Assembly (NCBI RefSeq): GCF_000143415.4
Contig: NW_003314281.1
Coordinates: 1,589,882 to 1,653,881, forward strand
Source of the DNA: Selaginella moellendorffii
Taxonomy: Eukaryota > Plantae > Lycopodiophyta
Direction of reading: 5' to 3'
Length of the DNA: 64,000 bases
The translations under genes and the position numbers were made by a program. Below the pieces are notes generated by a model. That model had not been told where the DNA came from and did not search any database. It saw only the letters and a program-made list of their open reading frames with translations. Every line of letters begins with the position of its first letter. Position 1 is the stretch's first letter. This document shows positions 1 through 12,603 of the stretch, one piece after another.

Positions 1-302
1 CCAAAACTCTGGCCTGGCAAAACGAATTAATTGACAGAAAATGTCTCAAGAGCGCTGAGTTTTTGTTGCCTGCATGCAAATTCCACATTAGGGCAAATGA
101 ATGTTGAGACTCACCAAACAAGCAGTAAGAAAGCACACTTTGTTTTCCTTCTGTCATGGCATGGTATTATTGAAAACATTCAACTAACTCAAAATTATGC
201 GTAAGTGCAACGGGATACAACCCTCCAGATCACAACGCGTCCCTGTTCGCCCTGCGTCTGCGCGAGGTAATCATCCTAGCTGGGCACTTCAATCCAACAT
301 AA

Positions 303-1094
303 TCAGCCTTTGGCGAGCTTCTGCAGTAGAGAGTAAGGCCCATTAAACACGTTCTGATCGCCAGGAAACGTTCCCGAGTCGGCGTACTGCCAAAACGTAT
401 ATACTTTCCAGTTGTAAGGATAAGTGGTCACCATGGGACAATAACAAGCGAGCCAAAATGGGCAGACACTGCTAAAGTCCCCATAAGTCCCCACGCATGT
501 GTTATACCAGTCCGCAGTGCTGTAAATCACTGGATAAACTCCAGTTCCTTGCTTGGAAGTGTTCACAAAGTCCTGGATCCACTTCCTCATCTCTGGCTTT
601 CCAAGGTTGTAACATGTTTGCAGTGGATTACAAGAGTTTCCACAAGATGGATTGTACTCAATATCCAAAGCTCCAGGAAGTGTTTGCCCATCTGAAGACC
701 ACCGACCTCCATTTGTGAGGAAGTACATCGCCTGAGTAGCACCATTAGATATGTCCGGACGGCCAAAGTGATATGCTCCACGGATGAAACCTGCACGGTA
801 AGAACCAACATACTGCTGTGAAAAATATGGGTTTGGGTATCCCGTTCCTTCGGTGCCCTTGATGTATGCGAACCTTGCAACGTTGTTGTAGGCACTCGGC
901 CAGTCAACATTACCTTGGTAGCTACTTACATCCATACCTGGAACTCCAGATCTAGCTTGGAGGAGAGTGCGACCTGCTGTCAAGCCATGACATTCGTGAG
1001 TGTACAAATCTGAAGTGTTGAGTGAGAATGATTGAGCTGGGATCGAGAGAAAAGATAAAAGGAGAAACGGAAAGATCAAGCAATGAAACACCAT
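303..1094 (-). CDS. GH25 (Chalaropsis/cellosyl-type) lysozyme/muramidase with N-terminal signal peptide, intronless
   Basis: 263-aa ORF with a hydrophobic N-terminus and GH25 motifs GMDVSSYQG (catalytic Asp), FAYIKGTEG, IRGAYHF, TLPGALDIE (DxE), FWQYADSG and GDQNVFNG. From recall it resembles actinobacterial lysozymes throughout. Confidence 0.95.
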   Translation of the reverse strand: MVFHCLIFPFLLLSFLSIPAQSFSLNTSDLYTHECHGLTAGRTLLQARSGVPGMDVSSYQGNVDWPSAYNNVARFAYIKGTEGTGYPNPYFSQQYVGSYRAGFIRGAYHFGRPDISNGATQAMYFLTNGGRWSSDGQTLPGALDIEYNPSCGNSCNPLQTCYNLGKPEMRKWIQDFVNTSKQGTGVYPVIYSTADWYNTCVGTYGDFSSVCPFWLACYCPMVTTYPYNWKVYTFWQYADSGTFPGDQNVFNGPYSLLQKLAKG

Positions 1095-2499
1095 AGCTTG
1101 AACTTGGAGACCTTGGAACTTAATTTCTGCCTAGCTTGAAGTCTTCAAGCCATGCTGTTTTAAAGAGATTGCAGCTTAATCTTGATTACATTGTAGCACT
1201 GACTTTCGGATTTCTGGCCGTTTCTCCAGAAAAAAATATAAACAAAATAAAAAATGGAAGAAGATATCAACCTGAAGTTAGATTGAGGTGTTTTCTGAGT
1301 TTGAGATAAGATTCAACTGAGTTTAGTGTTGTCCAAATCCAAAAGTCTAATGCATTGCATGCACTAGTATATAGCCTCAAGGTTACTTGTACATATGAAA
1401 AATCATATGTGGGATTCCATAAAAATTCTAAGTTGGATTTCCTAAATTGAAAAATTCCCACTTTCAAGGATGATGTACCTCCTGTTAAAACTTATTTTAA
1501 TTTGGAATGTGGAGGCCCACGTGGCAAGAGAAAAAAGATAGAGAGGGGCACACCCAAGAAAATTCATAAATATGAAGCCCATGAACAAAAAAAAGTCATG
1601 GGGGCATTTTGGAGGTAGTGTTGAGAATGTGATTGTGAGCATTAAAAAGTTATATGTTAGTGAGTCTTTTCAGATATTTTTCTCTTATTACTATGATGAC
1701 AAGAGATTAATATTGTTAAACCTTTTATCAGTCCCTTTTATATAAGTGTTAGTAAATTAGACTTACAATGGTGTTATATGTGGGGGACTTGGAGAAAGTT
1801 TTAAGTCCTCTCATATTATATATAGCCTTTTTGGGCAATTAGGGCCCAAAATTCATCTGGGTTGACTCAGGACAAGCCTCAATTCCAGGCTTAGGATTGA
1901 CTTGGGACAACCTAAAATAAAGTTTTTAGGTCTGGTGGGAAATGAGGAAATGCTACAGCCAATGCACCCAAGAAAATTCACAAAAGATGGAATCACTACA
2001 CCATCGCTCAAGAAGATAATCATGTAACTTAAGAGCACCCATAGCAACATTAAAGATGCAACCACAAGTTATAAACCAAGTAAGAGTTAGAGAATTTTGT
2101 GTTTGTATTCATGATGAATTTCTAGAAAAACTTGGCATTTCTAGCATCATTTTCAATTCAGAATTCTCATATATTTGCAAGATAGAGTCTTGGTGATGCT
2201 GTGGTGAATTAAAATTTTCATTTCATTTAAGTTATTTTTTTTCTTTTAAGGAAACTCAAATGGACTTGGAACTCATGGAAACTCTAGAGGTAAGTGCTCA
2301 AAAAATTGAATTATACCTCTAGAAACATGTCTAATGTAGTCCATCACTTACTCAACAAGGTGTTTCCACCACTAAAACTTCTCTAAATCCACAATATTTA
2401 TCTAATGTGAGTTTTTCAATCTTTTTAGAGCTTGTATTATAGGTTGCCTCACTTCCACCTAGCTTGGATTTGAGAGTTTGAAATGAGGTGTCGAATTCA

Positions 2500-3300
2500 A
2501 ATGATTTCTAATGAAAGTTTGAAGTTAGGAAGAGGAAAACATAGACACTAGAGGAGATGACCACTCTCAATTATGCGAAGTGTTTAGATAATATAAAGTA
2601 TAAAGAGGGTGGATCTATGAAGAAGTCTAAGGGGAAAAACAATAAGTGGAAGTGAATTTAACATTAGTATTATGAGAATAAATGTTACTATGATTATCCC
2701 CAATGCAAAAACTAGGAGGATATAACCTCAACATTTGGAAGTGGGAGCTTGATATTCTAAGTGGGCAATTAAGCTATTGGAATATATCAAGTGATGAATG
2801 CATCACTTGGAAATTATATTATGACTTCCCAGAGGAGTTTTACAATAAGATGGTTTCAGAGAGTAGAACTATAGATATAGATGGCCTTGTTTTTGACACA
2901 TTAGAACAAAAATTTGTTGCTTTCAATAAGCACTATACACCACAGACTCAGCCCTCACAACCAACTGAGTCCTTATAACTAATTGAGCTTGAAGGTATGC
3001 CATTTATATTTGTTTTATGGTTTATAAGTTTTTAATGCATTTTAGATCTAAGTCAAGAGCTAGGTCAACTTTGAAAAGAGTAAAGGACAACACCCTAAAA
3101 ACTAGTATGAAAAGATAGAGGGCACCAAAGGGTGTTGAAGGGATGATAAAGATGATGGAGAAATGTTGAGAAGCACAAATGAAGCTTGCACAAAATCTTC
3201 ATGAGCAAAACAGCAAACAATGATTGACACCTTGAGTTCGGAATCACAATGGACACAAGAGTGCTTGAGTAATAGTCTATAGGGTGTGAGGGACTAATTT
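2500..3300 (+). pseudogene. Decayed Myb/SANT (trihelix)-like accessory gene of a PIF/Harbinger transposon
   Basis: ORF 2703-2978 contains SYWNISSDECITWKLYYDFPEEFYNKM, which resembles the trihelix/Myb-SANT C-terminal motif. It is convergent with the Harbinger transposase remnant. Boundaries are approximate. Confidence 0.55.
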
Positions 3301-3374
3301 TCTTGTCAAAATGACTTGTTTGAGATGTAGATTAGGAAGGGAATGTAATTCTTTTAATGGTGCAAACTCAATAT

Positions 3375-4500
3375 TTAATCCATTATAATCTTTGTAAATC
3401 TACATCCAAAAGTACTTCTAACAACATTACTTTCTTTAGTGCTATAATTTGGATCATTGCTACTGCCATCCCACTCCTCCAAAAATCTATCACCACTGGT
3501 TATCATAATGTTATGCATAATAACACAAGTTGTGATATAATTACATTGCATATAAGGATCACCACAATAAAGTTGCTTATTCAAATACCTCCACTACATC
3601 TTTAGTTGACCAAATGTTTGTTCGACTGCAATTTTAGTAGAGGAGTGTATGAAGTTATATTGTCACCAACAAATGGAATAAACATTCCCACAGCAATATC
3701 ATAGCCACCATCTGCTATTAAATACTCAATGTCTCCAAACCTTGTATGGTAAATAGGACCATTCAATCTCTCACAACGAATAACTTGTGACTGTGGTCCA
3801 AACTTTTTGATCATTTGCAAATCTTGGATATCCAACTCTCAAGTCTAAAAACCAAGATTCATTATCAACAATAGCTTAAGCTTGCATGCTAAACTATCAT
3901 TTATAATCCCTCCACTTTTGTTCATCAAAACCACCTAGAAGCTTTATTTGGATGTGTGTGCAATCAATATCTCCAACATAATTTAGGAAACTATGCAATC
4001 TTTAGAAATCATTCTTCACTATTTGAAGTTCTTCCCTTTCTGGCTACCTAATATATGTGCTTCTGTGTTTTTCCATAAGTGCTCTCACAAATTTCTTTAA
4101 TACTTTTATACAAGTTGCATGGTGATATCCAAACTTCTCTGAAAATGTAGGCCATATATCCCTTATAGCTAACTGTCACAAAGAGATACTTATATGTTTT
4201 ACTACAAAGTTCTTTTTACTTGGAATGTTGTAAAGACCTTGTGAAGGATTCATCATTTAATAAGTTGCAAAGGAAATCGATAAGAGAAGAAGCAACAAAA
4301 TTACTCAAAGCCATAGAAGAGTGTAACCTTTTTTGTTTTTGAAGTGTGTATTGAACAATAAATTCATATACCTCCATCACAATTTAAGATTGGCAAAGAA
4401 TGTTGGAAATCACTACAAACTCTTATTCTTTGCTATCACTCTCATTTTCCAAGGTCACTACCTTATCTTCTGAGCCAAAAGCACCTTGATCAAGTACTCC
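3375..4500 (-). mobile_element. Decayed PIF/Harbinger (HARBI1/ALP1-like DDE) transposase
   Basis: Minus-strand translation gives FLNYVGDIDCTHIQIK (~3945-3990, the GAIDGTHI motif), YLIADGGY (ORF 3602-3835) and ITTCVIMHN (ORF 3375-3584), with many stops and frameshifts. TIRs were not identified. Confidence 0.8.
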
Positions 4501-5364
4501 ATCATTCTTAATTGCCCTTCTTGAGCTCTCTGTTATGCCCTCTTTGCAATGGGAAACACCCTATTCAAATGGCAAGGAAATTTTGAATTAGGGATCTTTA
4601 GGGCAAAATTAAAGGTACTGGGATTTTGATTAAGGACCCCCCCTCAATTTAGTCTGATTAACTATTTATGGAAAGTGTTTAGATTTGACAGTTAAACATA
4701 TTTATGAAATGTAGAGATTGTCCTACATATGATAGTGTTATTCTTACATGCAAATTCACAATTTAATGTCATTCCATATTAATAAGTTTGCATGATTGTC
4801 CTAAAGATTAATTGTTGGAATTGGGGTGAAACTTCAAAACATACATTCATATAGGGTAGGAGGTGGGGGGATTCCAAATGTGTAGTAGGACAGTGGGTAA
4901 GTCAAGCATCTTGAGACACTATATATCTTCTTGCTAAGCGTATTTATCCTTGTTCCACATCTAGCTTGAGTCTAACCCTAAGCTTTATATTGAAGTACCC
5001 ATATCTTTGCATTAGACCACTAGTATACTAAAATAATGCTAAACTCTATTTGGCTTCTTTTTACATACTAGTCTTAGTATTGGGATGTTGAATGCTCTAA
5101 AACTATTATAATATCACTCTATGCTCTTGTCCCTTCACTTTTTGGCTAAATGCTTAAAAATTACTTTGTGCTCTAGTTCTTTTACTATTTAACTTATGTT
5201 TAGGAGTTTGGCTCTGTCCCTTTGTTCAATGGCCCAATGCTCTAAAACTTGAGTCCCATTCCATTGATTATTTTTATCATAATTATTGTTGATGTCAAAT
5301 AATTTGTCATTCGTTTGGATGGTAGATTATTATATATTTGTTCAATGAAAAAATAACACTTTGT

Positions 5365-6360
5365 TGTAAGGAACCAACTCCTCAAAGTGTTGTATGTTAA
5401 AGGATTCTTGAAATCATAACCAAAACAATAAAAAGTTTATCAAATGAAACCGAGTCTGAAATCAAGTCCGAGACTAACTTTAAGGCCAAGTTTGAAACCG
5501 AGTCTGAGATTTGAAATCAAGTCCAAGACTAAGTCTAAGAGCGAGTCCAAGGTCGAGTCCAAGATTAAATCTGAGACTGAGTCTAAATACTAATACAAGT
5601 CATGGGGTGAAATCCCAAAGCAATTGTATCCTGGGGGGGGGGGGAGTTGCAAGGGGGTTCCAAAAGTATAGTAAGAATCATCATTGGAGAGTTTTCCAAT
5701 AGTGCTTCCAAATTGAGTTAAGGTTAGGATTAATGATTAGTGGAATTGAGTGGGAGTGAGCACAAACTTGGGTGGTGCTAGAGAGGCCACCCAAGGAAGT
5801 GCTCAAGAGTAGCTTCTATTCCCAAAAGGGAAATCAATTGTAGTGCTCTTGGCTCATATAGAGTGATACCCCATTTAAATACTATGCAAATCATTAGTCA
5901 TCGTTCCTTCTTAGGGATTTACGCCTTTTCTTTGGGATAGAAGTGTGAGAGTAGGGGTATTCATACCAGGTTATTAGGCCATAGTGTTTCCCTTTGGATT
6001 CCCAAAGTAAGAGATGCACTCAAGATTTGGGATTTAGAGGGATTAAGTTTTATTATACCTAGGGATGTTAAGAATTTAGAGCTGTGGTGTGTTTGGCTAC
6101 TTATGCCTATGGAGAGTGTAATCGAACTTTAAGTTTAGTTTAACCCAGTGAAGGAGATTGGAAGAGAATTTAGGAATTTGTAGATGGATGGCTAACACCT
6201 TATTACTCGTGTAATATATGGCTGAATCCAAATAAAACCAAGTAGAAGCTGGTACAATAGGCAGAAACCTTGGCATGGGAACTTAACTAAGGTCAAGGTA
6301 GAGGTGGTTGGATAGACAATGTAAGTTGACAAATTGAAAAAGAAAAATTTATGGTTTACA
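5365..6360 (+). mobile_element. Solo LTR of gypsy family 2 (hexamer-repeat LTR) with TSD TTTGT
   Basis: Starts TGTAAGGAAC and ends TTACA. TTTGT flanks both sides (5360-5364, 6361-6365). Homologous to the LTR at 45095-45744 that precedes a PBS and gag. Confidence 0.85.
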
Positions 6361-7599
6361 TTTGTAAGTAACAAAAAATAAGAACTCAAAAGATGATCTA
6401 TAGGGGTTCAAATGTAAAGGGAAAGGGCTTATGAACAAAAGCACACTCATTTTTTCAATTGGTTAAGGGTCTTAGGATATTATAAGCTCTTGAATTTGGA
6501 CTTCTCGGGATATCACCTAGGTTATACTCTTTAGTTACTTACTGATACATCATCCTTAAATTTGATTAATACTAGGCTAAGTGACCTCCCGAAAAGTCTC
6601 AATTTAGGATTTTATATTTAATATTATAGGGCGTCTCAAGTCCAACTTTATTGATTGGTTAGAGAAATCACACCATATATTGAAATTCACATCTAGCAAT
6701 TTAGTTTCCTCTAGTTGGGCTTGACCCAAGGGGTAGGGTATTAAGAAAGTAGAGTTCGAAAGAGAGTTGTGGCTCTCAGCTTTCATTCATGAGGGCATGA
6801 ACTTGCAAGAAAGCATGGTGAATTATAAGTAACTAAAAAGAACGAATTGAAACACAATCCATAAAAATGTTTATGGTTAAACATCTTTGGGTTTAAGTAG
6901 TATTTGACCTCTCAGGAAGTTTAAATTTAGGAGCTTACATACTCCAAGTATAATATATAGAAATATGGACAAGTATGAACAAAATGACTACTCAAATTTA
7001 ATTGTACAATAATAAACCTACCAACAAGCCAATAGCATAACCAAAGAGTTTAATAAGCTAGCTATGAATGATCAACACTCAGTTAAAACTAATGACCAAC
7101 TCAAGATTAATAAAAGCTCACTACTCTCATACAATCTAATAAAATCCAAAGTATAATGTGCCACCAAGCATGATACTATAAAAAAAAGTCACAATAGTCA
7201 CCTTTTTAAAAAAACACAATGGCCTTTTTTTTATGCCAACTCTAGACTCTATTCAACTCAATTATTTTAGCCCCAAAAGTCAACATCCCCTTTTAGTTGC
7301 ATCATACAAATTACTTATTAAGATTTAAACTAACCAAAGTCAATTTCAACCCCTTCATTAGTTTGTTATGGCTTTTGAAAATAGAATGGTTTTCAAGAAA
7401 AATGATCAATAGATCAAACATTGAAAAAACCTAAGAAAATTTATGGAAAATTTTCTATTTTAAAAAAGAATGACTTATAGTCTGGCAATACGAACTTTTA
7501 AGACTTAACCAACTTCCTCCTATTTACAACTTCACATAATTTCACTTCAATATAAATTCTTATGACCCAACAACATACTTAAACATTCAACAATATGCC

Positions 7600-8817
7600 T
7601 ATAATCCAAGTGGGTACACATTTGGTTGCTATAGTGTTATATGCATCCCTTATGTATGGATTTTAGTTACTTTTTTATACTATATAGTATGAGTTTTTGC
7701 TTGGGTTTATAGGATGGATGTGAGATGTACCATTTATATGAGTTTGCACTTGGACTTGTGAGTGGTATATTAGCAATTTAAAATTACCCTTTGAGTTGGC
7801 AGGATTAATGTTGGTTTTTATAAGTTATTCTATATTATTGTAATTAAAAGTAAACCTCCCTTAAGTTTGTTATAAGTGGCAAATAGACTAATCTGTTAAC
7901 TATTAAGCATGACATTAGTAAATTCTTCTTAAGCATGATTATAAATGGATTAATTAAGATTGTAGGCATTAGTATATTAGTTTGAATAGTCATTGCTGTA
8001 CTCTAAACAACAATAAACTTTTCTTAGATTAATTTGAGGTTTAATCAAGTTGAGACCAAAAAGAGAGCTATTAAGGACAAAAGATCAAACACTTAAATTT
8101 TTTTTTTTTTAGAGAGATGATTTGCAATGAAGTGTGATCTCATTGCTTGGTCTTACAAATAGTGAGTCATGGGATGGATAATGGTAAAACATTATTTGTT
8201 ATTAAAAGGCTTGAGTTACAATACTCAATTTTTTTCCAAGGAACTTTGTTGCTCTTTGAGTAGCTTAGTGTTAGATTAATTTTGAATTTGGTTAGAAAAA
8301 GAGTGATAAGTTTTTCTATGTTATGAACGAAGTTGGTGATGTTAGATATTGTTAATCTTTATCGATGGGGTGTGGCATTTATGTTGCATTTTGTTGAATA
8401 GAGTTGGCAACTCACGTAACTTTTGAAGTAATAATATAGGTTTGTTTATAGTGTTACTCGATTAATGATCAAGTTATTGTGATTTTTATATATTATATCC
8501 TAATGATTTTGAGTAATGTGTTTAAGAAGTTGTTTAATCAAATAATGATTAACCCCAAAGTGATTGATGATGATGCTAGTTTACTTGCACATAATAACAT
8601 TGTAGTAGCTTTAACAGGGTTTTCTAAAGTGCTCCATTATGATAAGCTAGTGATGGTACTTTGGTTTATTAAGAGTTTGCCCATTAAGGTTTTGAAAAAG
8701 TTGTAACCTTAGTTTGTTGGTAGATTTGTTGACGCTTGGAGTACATTATTTGATAGAGAAGGTATGTAGTTGAGGCACTAATATTACTAACACTTGTGTT
8801 AATGAAAGTGGCATTAT
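7600..8817 (+). mobile_element. Old AT-eroded internal region of LTR family 1, 5' half; interrupted by the 8818-34569 element
   Basis: Colinear with the family-1 internal sequence (10030 onward, and the reverse complement of 29850-31200). It resumes at 34570. Start is approximate. Confidence 0.75.
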
Positions 8818-9936
8818 TGTCATGAATGTGATTTCGGGTATCAAAAGTTACCTGTTGGCTAGTCCTTACGGACACTCTTTCCTTACTGCCACGATGGCAG
8901 GAGGTCGGTATTGCTAGTTCCCTTTATCAGCCCTTCTTGTTCAAGTGTTGATTTACTGTGCTTAGCACTTGTACTTAGCCAGATGGACATAAGGTAGGAA
9001 CTCCTATGTGTTTCTAGTTGAGCATACTCAACCTGGCTCTTAATTCTCTTTTGCTTTGTCTTGCACTAACTTGACAAGAACCCTCGCATATTGAAACTAA
9101 TCCCTCAATATCACTAGATGATAATTTATCATGTTTGCCAAACACCCTTGGTATCATGCCCTTTATGTTTCGGTCCCAAATGCTATTTATGGAAAGTGTC
9201 TAGATTTGCTCATTTGGCATATCTACGGAATGTAGAGATTGGCTTGAACACAATGGTGTTCGTCCCGTGTCCAAATTCACATTTTAGTGCCATTCCATAT
9301 TTAGTAAATTTTGAGCTTGTCCCAGAGATTAACTCCTAATACTAAGGGAGGTTTGGGGTGAAAGCCCAAAGCGTGTGTTCCTCGAGAGGGGAGGGGGGGG
9401 GGGGGGATATGGGGGATTCCAAATGTATAACAGGGATAGTGGGTAGGTTGGGCATGGCCGACTAACCTGAGGCATAGTCTAGCTCCCACTTGTGTGGCTG
9501 TCCTTGTTTTGCGTCTAGCTTGGGTCTAAGCCCAAATTCCATTCTATGCTAGTTGGTGGAGTACCTATACCCTTACGTTAGGCCACTGGTATGCCAAAAT
9601 AGTGCTAAACTTCGTTTGGCTCCGTTTTGTGTATTAGTCCTGGCATTAGGATGCTGGTTGCTCTAGGACTGTTCCAAGTCGCTCCAAGCTCCTGTCCCTT
9701 CACTCCTTGGGTAGTAGCTCCATGGTTCGGTTCCATCACTCCTTGGCTCCATGCTTGGGAGTTTGGCACCATTCTTTTGTTCAGTGGCCCAAGGCCCTAA
9801 ACCTCAGGTTCCACACCACTATCCTATGGACACGTGGCATTTATCACATGGCATAAAGAGGGTTTAGGTTTTGCTTCGTGGTGTTATCCTATGGTAAAGC
9901 ACCATAGGATAAAGGGTAAAAACTTTATGCACTACA
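8818..9936 (+). repeat. 5' LTR of element A
   Basis: TGTCATGAATGTG...GCACTACA followed by the PBS. By eye roughly 85-90% identical to 33436-34569. Confidence 0.9.
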
Positions 9937-12024
9937 TTTGGTATCAGAGGAAAACATCTAAGCAAGTACTATACAATGAGATTAGGCAACTAGTCTTGTT
10001 ACATACGCAAAGATGAAAACGATGATTACACGCTTGGGTGCAAAGACTTTGCAATCATTCCTTGGGTATAGATCTTAGTTACCTTTTTGTACTAGAGTAA
10101 TAAGCTTTTGCTTAGGCTCATAAGTTGGATGTAAGATGTTCCATTTTACATGAGTTTGTGCTTGGGCTCGTGAGTGTGGCATATTAGCAATTCAAGGTTA
10201 CACTTTGAGTTGGGAGGATTAATGTTAGCCTATCAGTGGTTCCATGAGTTGTTCCTTGTACGATGGGATAAGTAAACCTTCCCTAAGTTTGCTATGAGTG
10301 GAAAATAAGCTGGTTCGTAGCTGTTTGGCACGGCATTAGTGGATCCTTCCTAGGCATGATTATAAGTGGATCAATCAAGACTGTAGGGATTAGTCTATTG
10401 GTTCAAATAGTCATTGCCGTGCTCTCTCATAAACTTTTCTTAGATTGGACTGAAGGTAGTGCGAATGCAAGTTTGAGGTTTAGTCAAAGATGAGACCGAA
10501 AAAAGAGTTATTAGGGACGAAGGATCAAATATGTAAATTATCTTCTCTTCTTGGAGAGATGATTTGCAACGAAGTGTGACTCATTACTCGTGTTCACAAT
10601 ATGCAATCAAGAGTCCCTATCTTGATGCATGTTGAAAGGGATGGTTTTACAAGTGGTGAGTTATGGGATAGATAGTGGTAAAGCGCTAAACCATTTTATC
10701 TAGGTTTGCTATTGAAAATGCCTTCCCCAACAACTCTTAACAAATGGAACAATGAGCATAAAACTCAAAGAACCAAAAGTTTGAAGAAGCTTATAGCCAA
10801 GTCTTGCCTAACAATGATCATGAGTCTCGCATATACTAACTTCAATGCTAAAGAAGAAATCATAATATAACCCATAATATCCTTCTCAACACATCCATAA
10901 GCTAAACTTCATAATGTAAAAGCTAATGAAGAGCATGTTTGCATCAATCCAAAAGCTAAGTATAACAAAGTTATGCTCAACAAATGATCATCCAATCCAA
11001 TCCTCCATAAATCCATTTATAGCAAGACGTAACTCACTTTATAATAAGCACAAGAAGAATCATCAATGATCGATATAAAGAATTTAACATCCTCAATACT
11101 AATCACTAACTCATCCTCTTATAGAGTTAGCATTATCCATAACTAAATCACCTTTCAAGGAAAAGTTCAAAGCTCAACCCTTACTAAACAATTTGGTCTA
11201 AAACACAACTAACTTAAATTTGCAACTCAGCTCGTTTGAATGCCAATACAGTTGCTTAACTAGCAAATGCACGAATACCAATAACACAAAGTCATGGCCA
11301 AATCATAAAAAAATTCATCATCGAGACTAATGAAATTCGACATCAATCTTTTTGAGAGACATCTCATTTCACTCAAATCTCAACATTAACAATGTCAACA
11401 ACAAGGCATCACTTCAATGCTATCAACACCATAACAAAGCTAGAAGAAAGCAAGAGTGAATCACCACTCTAAACTCTCTTAGCAACTAAACTAACCAAAG
11501 TTGAAGATACTTTACTCAGTATCCAAGACTAGTTCTTCAATAATACTCAGCTATAGATAACACTTCATCAAGGAGTGAATCACCACATGCAAAATTTAAT
11601 GAAATCCAACACTACGAACTAAACATAACTAAATGATATCGATAGAGAAATTGACATGCCAACATGGAAAACCACGTAAGTCTAACGACACGATCCTCCA
11701 CAACACCATCCGATAAAGTAAGCCCATCACTAGTAAATCATCATCAAGCGAAGCAAGTGTCTAATAGTCCTCGACGAAGTCTACAACCAACCACTAATTG
11801 CCAAGCAACCAACAATCACTCTTTCAACTTGCCTTCACAAGACCCAAACATTAAACTCATGTTATCGAGTCATATACTTGTCCAATATGAACATAATACC
11901 CTAGATACGAGATATTAGCTCATGGACAAGCACAAACTAAATGACCACTCAAATCCAACTCAACCACAATAAGCTCACTAATGCATTTAGCCTATAGCTC
12001 TAAGCATGCCTTGAAGAGGCTAGC

Positions 12025-12603
12025 TGTAGCGCATGTGATCATAGGATGAGATTTGGATATACTGTCACCATGGATCCTTGGAACCTTGGGGGATAAATGG
12101 GGATAAAATAGCCACTAAGGGCTCTCTCATCAAACAATTGCCCCTTTTCCAGTTGGCTTAAGGGGAAAGAGATAAGGTGCGTTACAGTTGGTATCAAGGG
12201 AAATGGCACGGATTCGATTCCCATTGATTAGTGGCTACTTAAAAATATAATATGCCCTTGAGTAAGGTATATTCCTACCCCTAAATTTGAAATTGTACAT
12301 ATTGAGCATCCATACGTATGTCTTTCCTCTTGTATGGAGTATCCACGGACGAAGGTATCCATTGTGGGGTTCCCCTTGGCTCAGTAGAGATTGTTAGTCA
12401 ATAGTCAATGAGGACATTGACATCTCTAAAGGGGGGATAAGTGTAGCATATATGATCATGGGATGAGATTTAGATATATTGTCACCGTGGATCTTTGGAA
12501 CCTTAGGGGATAAATGGGGATAAAATAGCCACTAAGGGCTCTCTCATCAAGCAATTGCCCCTTTTTCAGTTGGCTTAAGGGGAGAGAAATAAGGTGCGCT
12601 ACA
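12025..12603 (+). mobile_element. Complete TRIM (terminal-repeat retrotransposon in miniature), 579 bp
   Basis: Two 162-bp LTRs (12025-12186, 12442-12603; TGTAGC...TACA), PBS TGGTATCA at 12189, PPT AAGGGGGGATAAG at 12429-12441, and TSD CTAGC at 12020-12024 and 12604-12608. Confidence 0.93.

Noticed and set aside
12025-12603. Cassandra-type TRIM carrying 5S rRNA
   Set aside because: No 5S rRNA-like sequence is visible in the LTRs.
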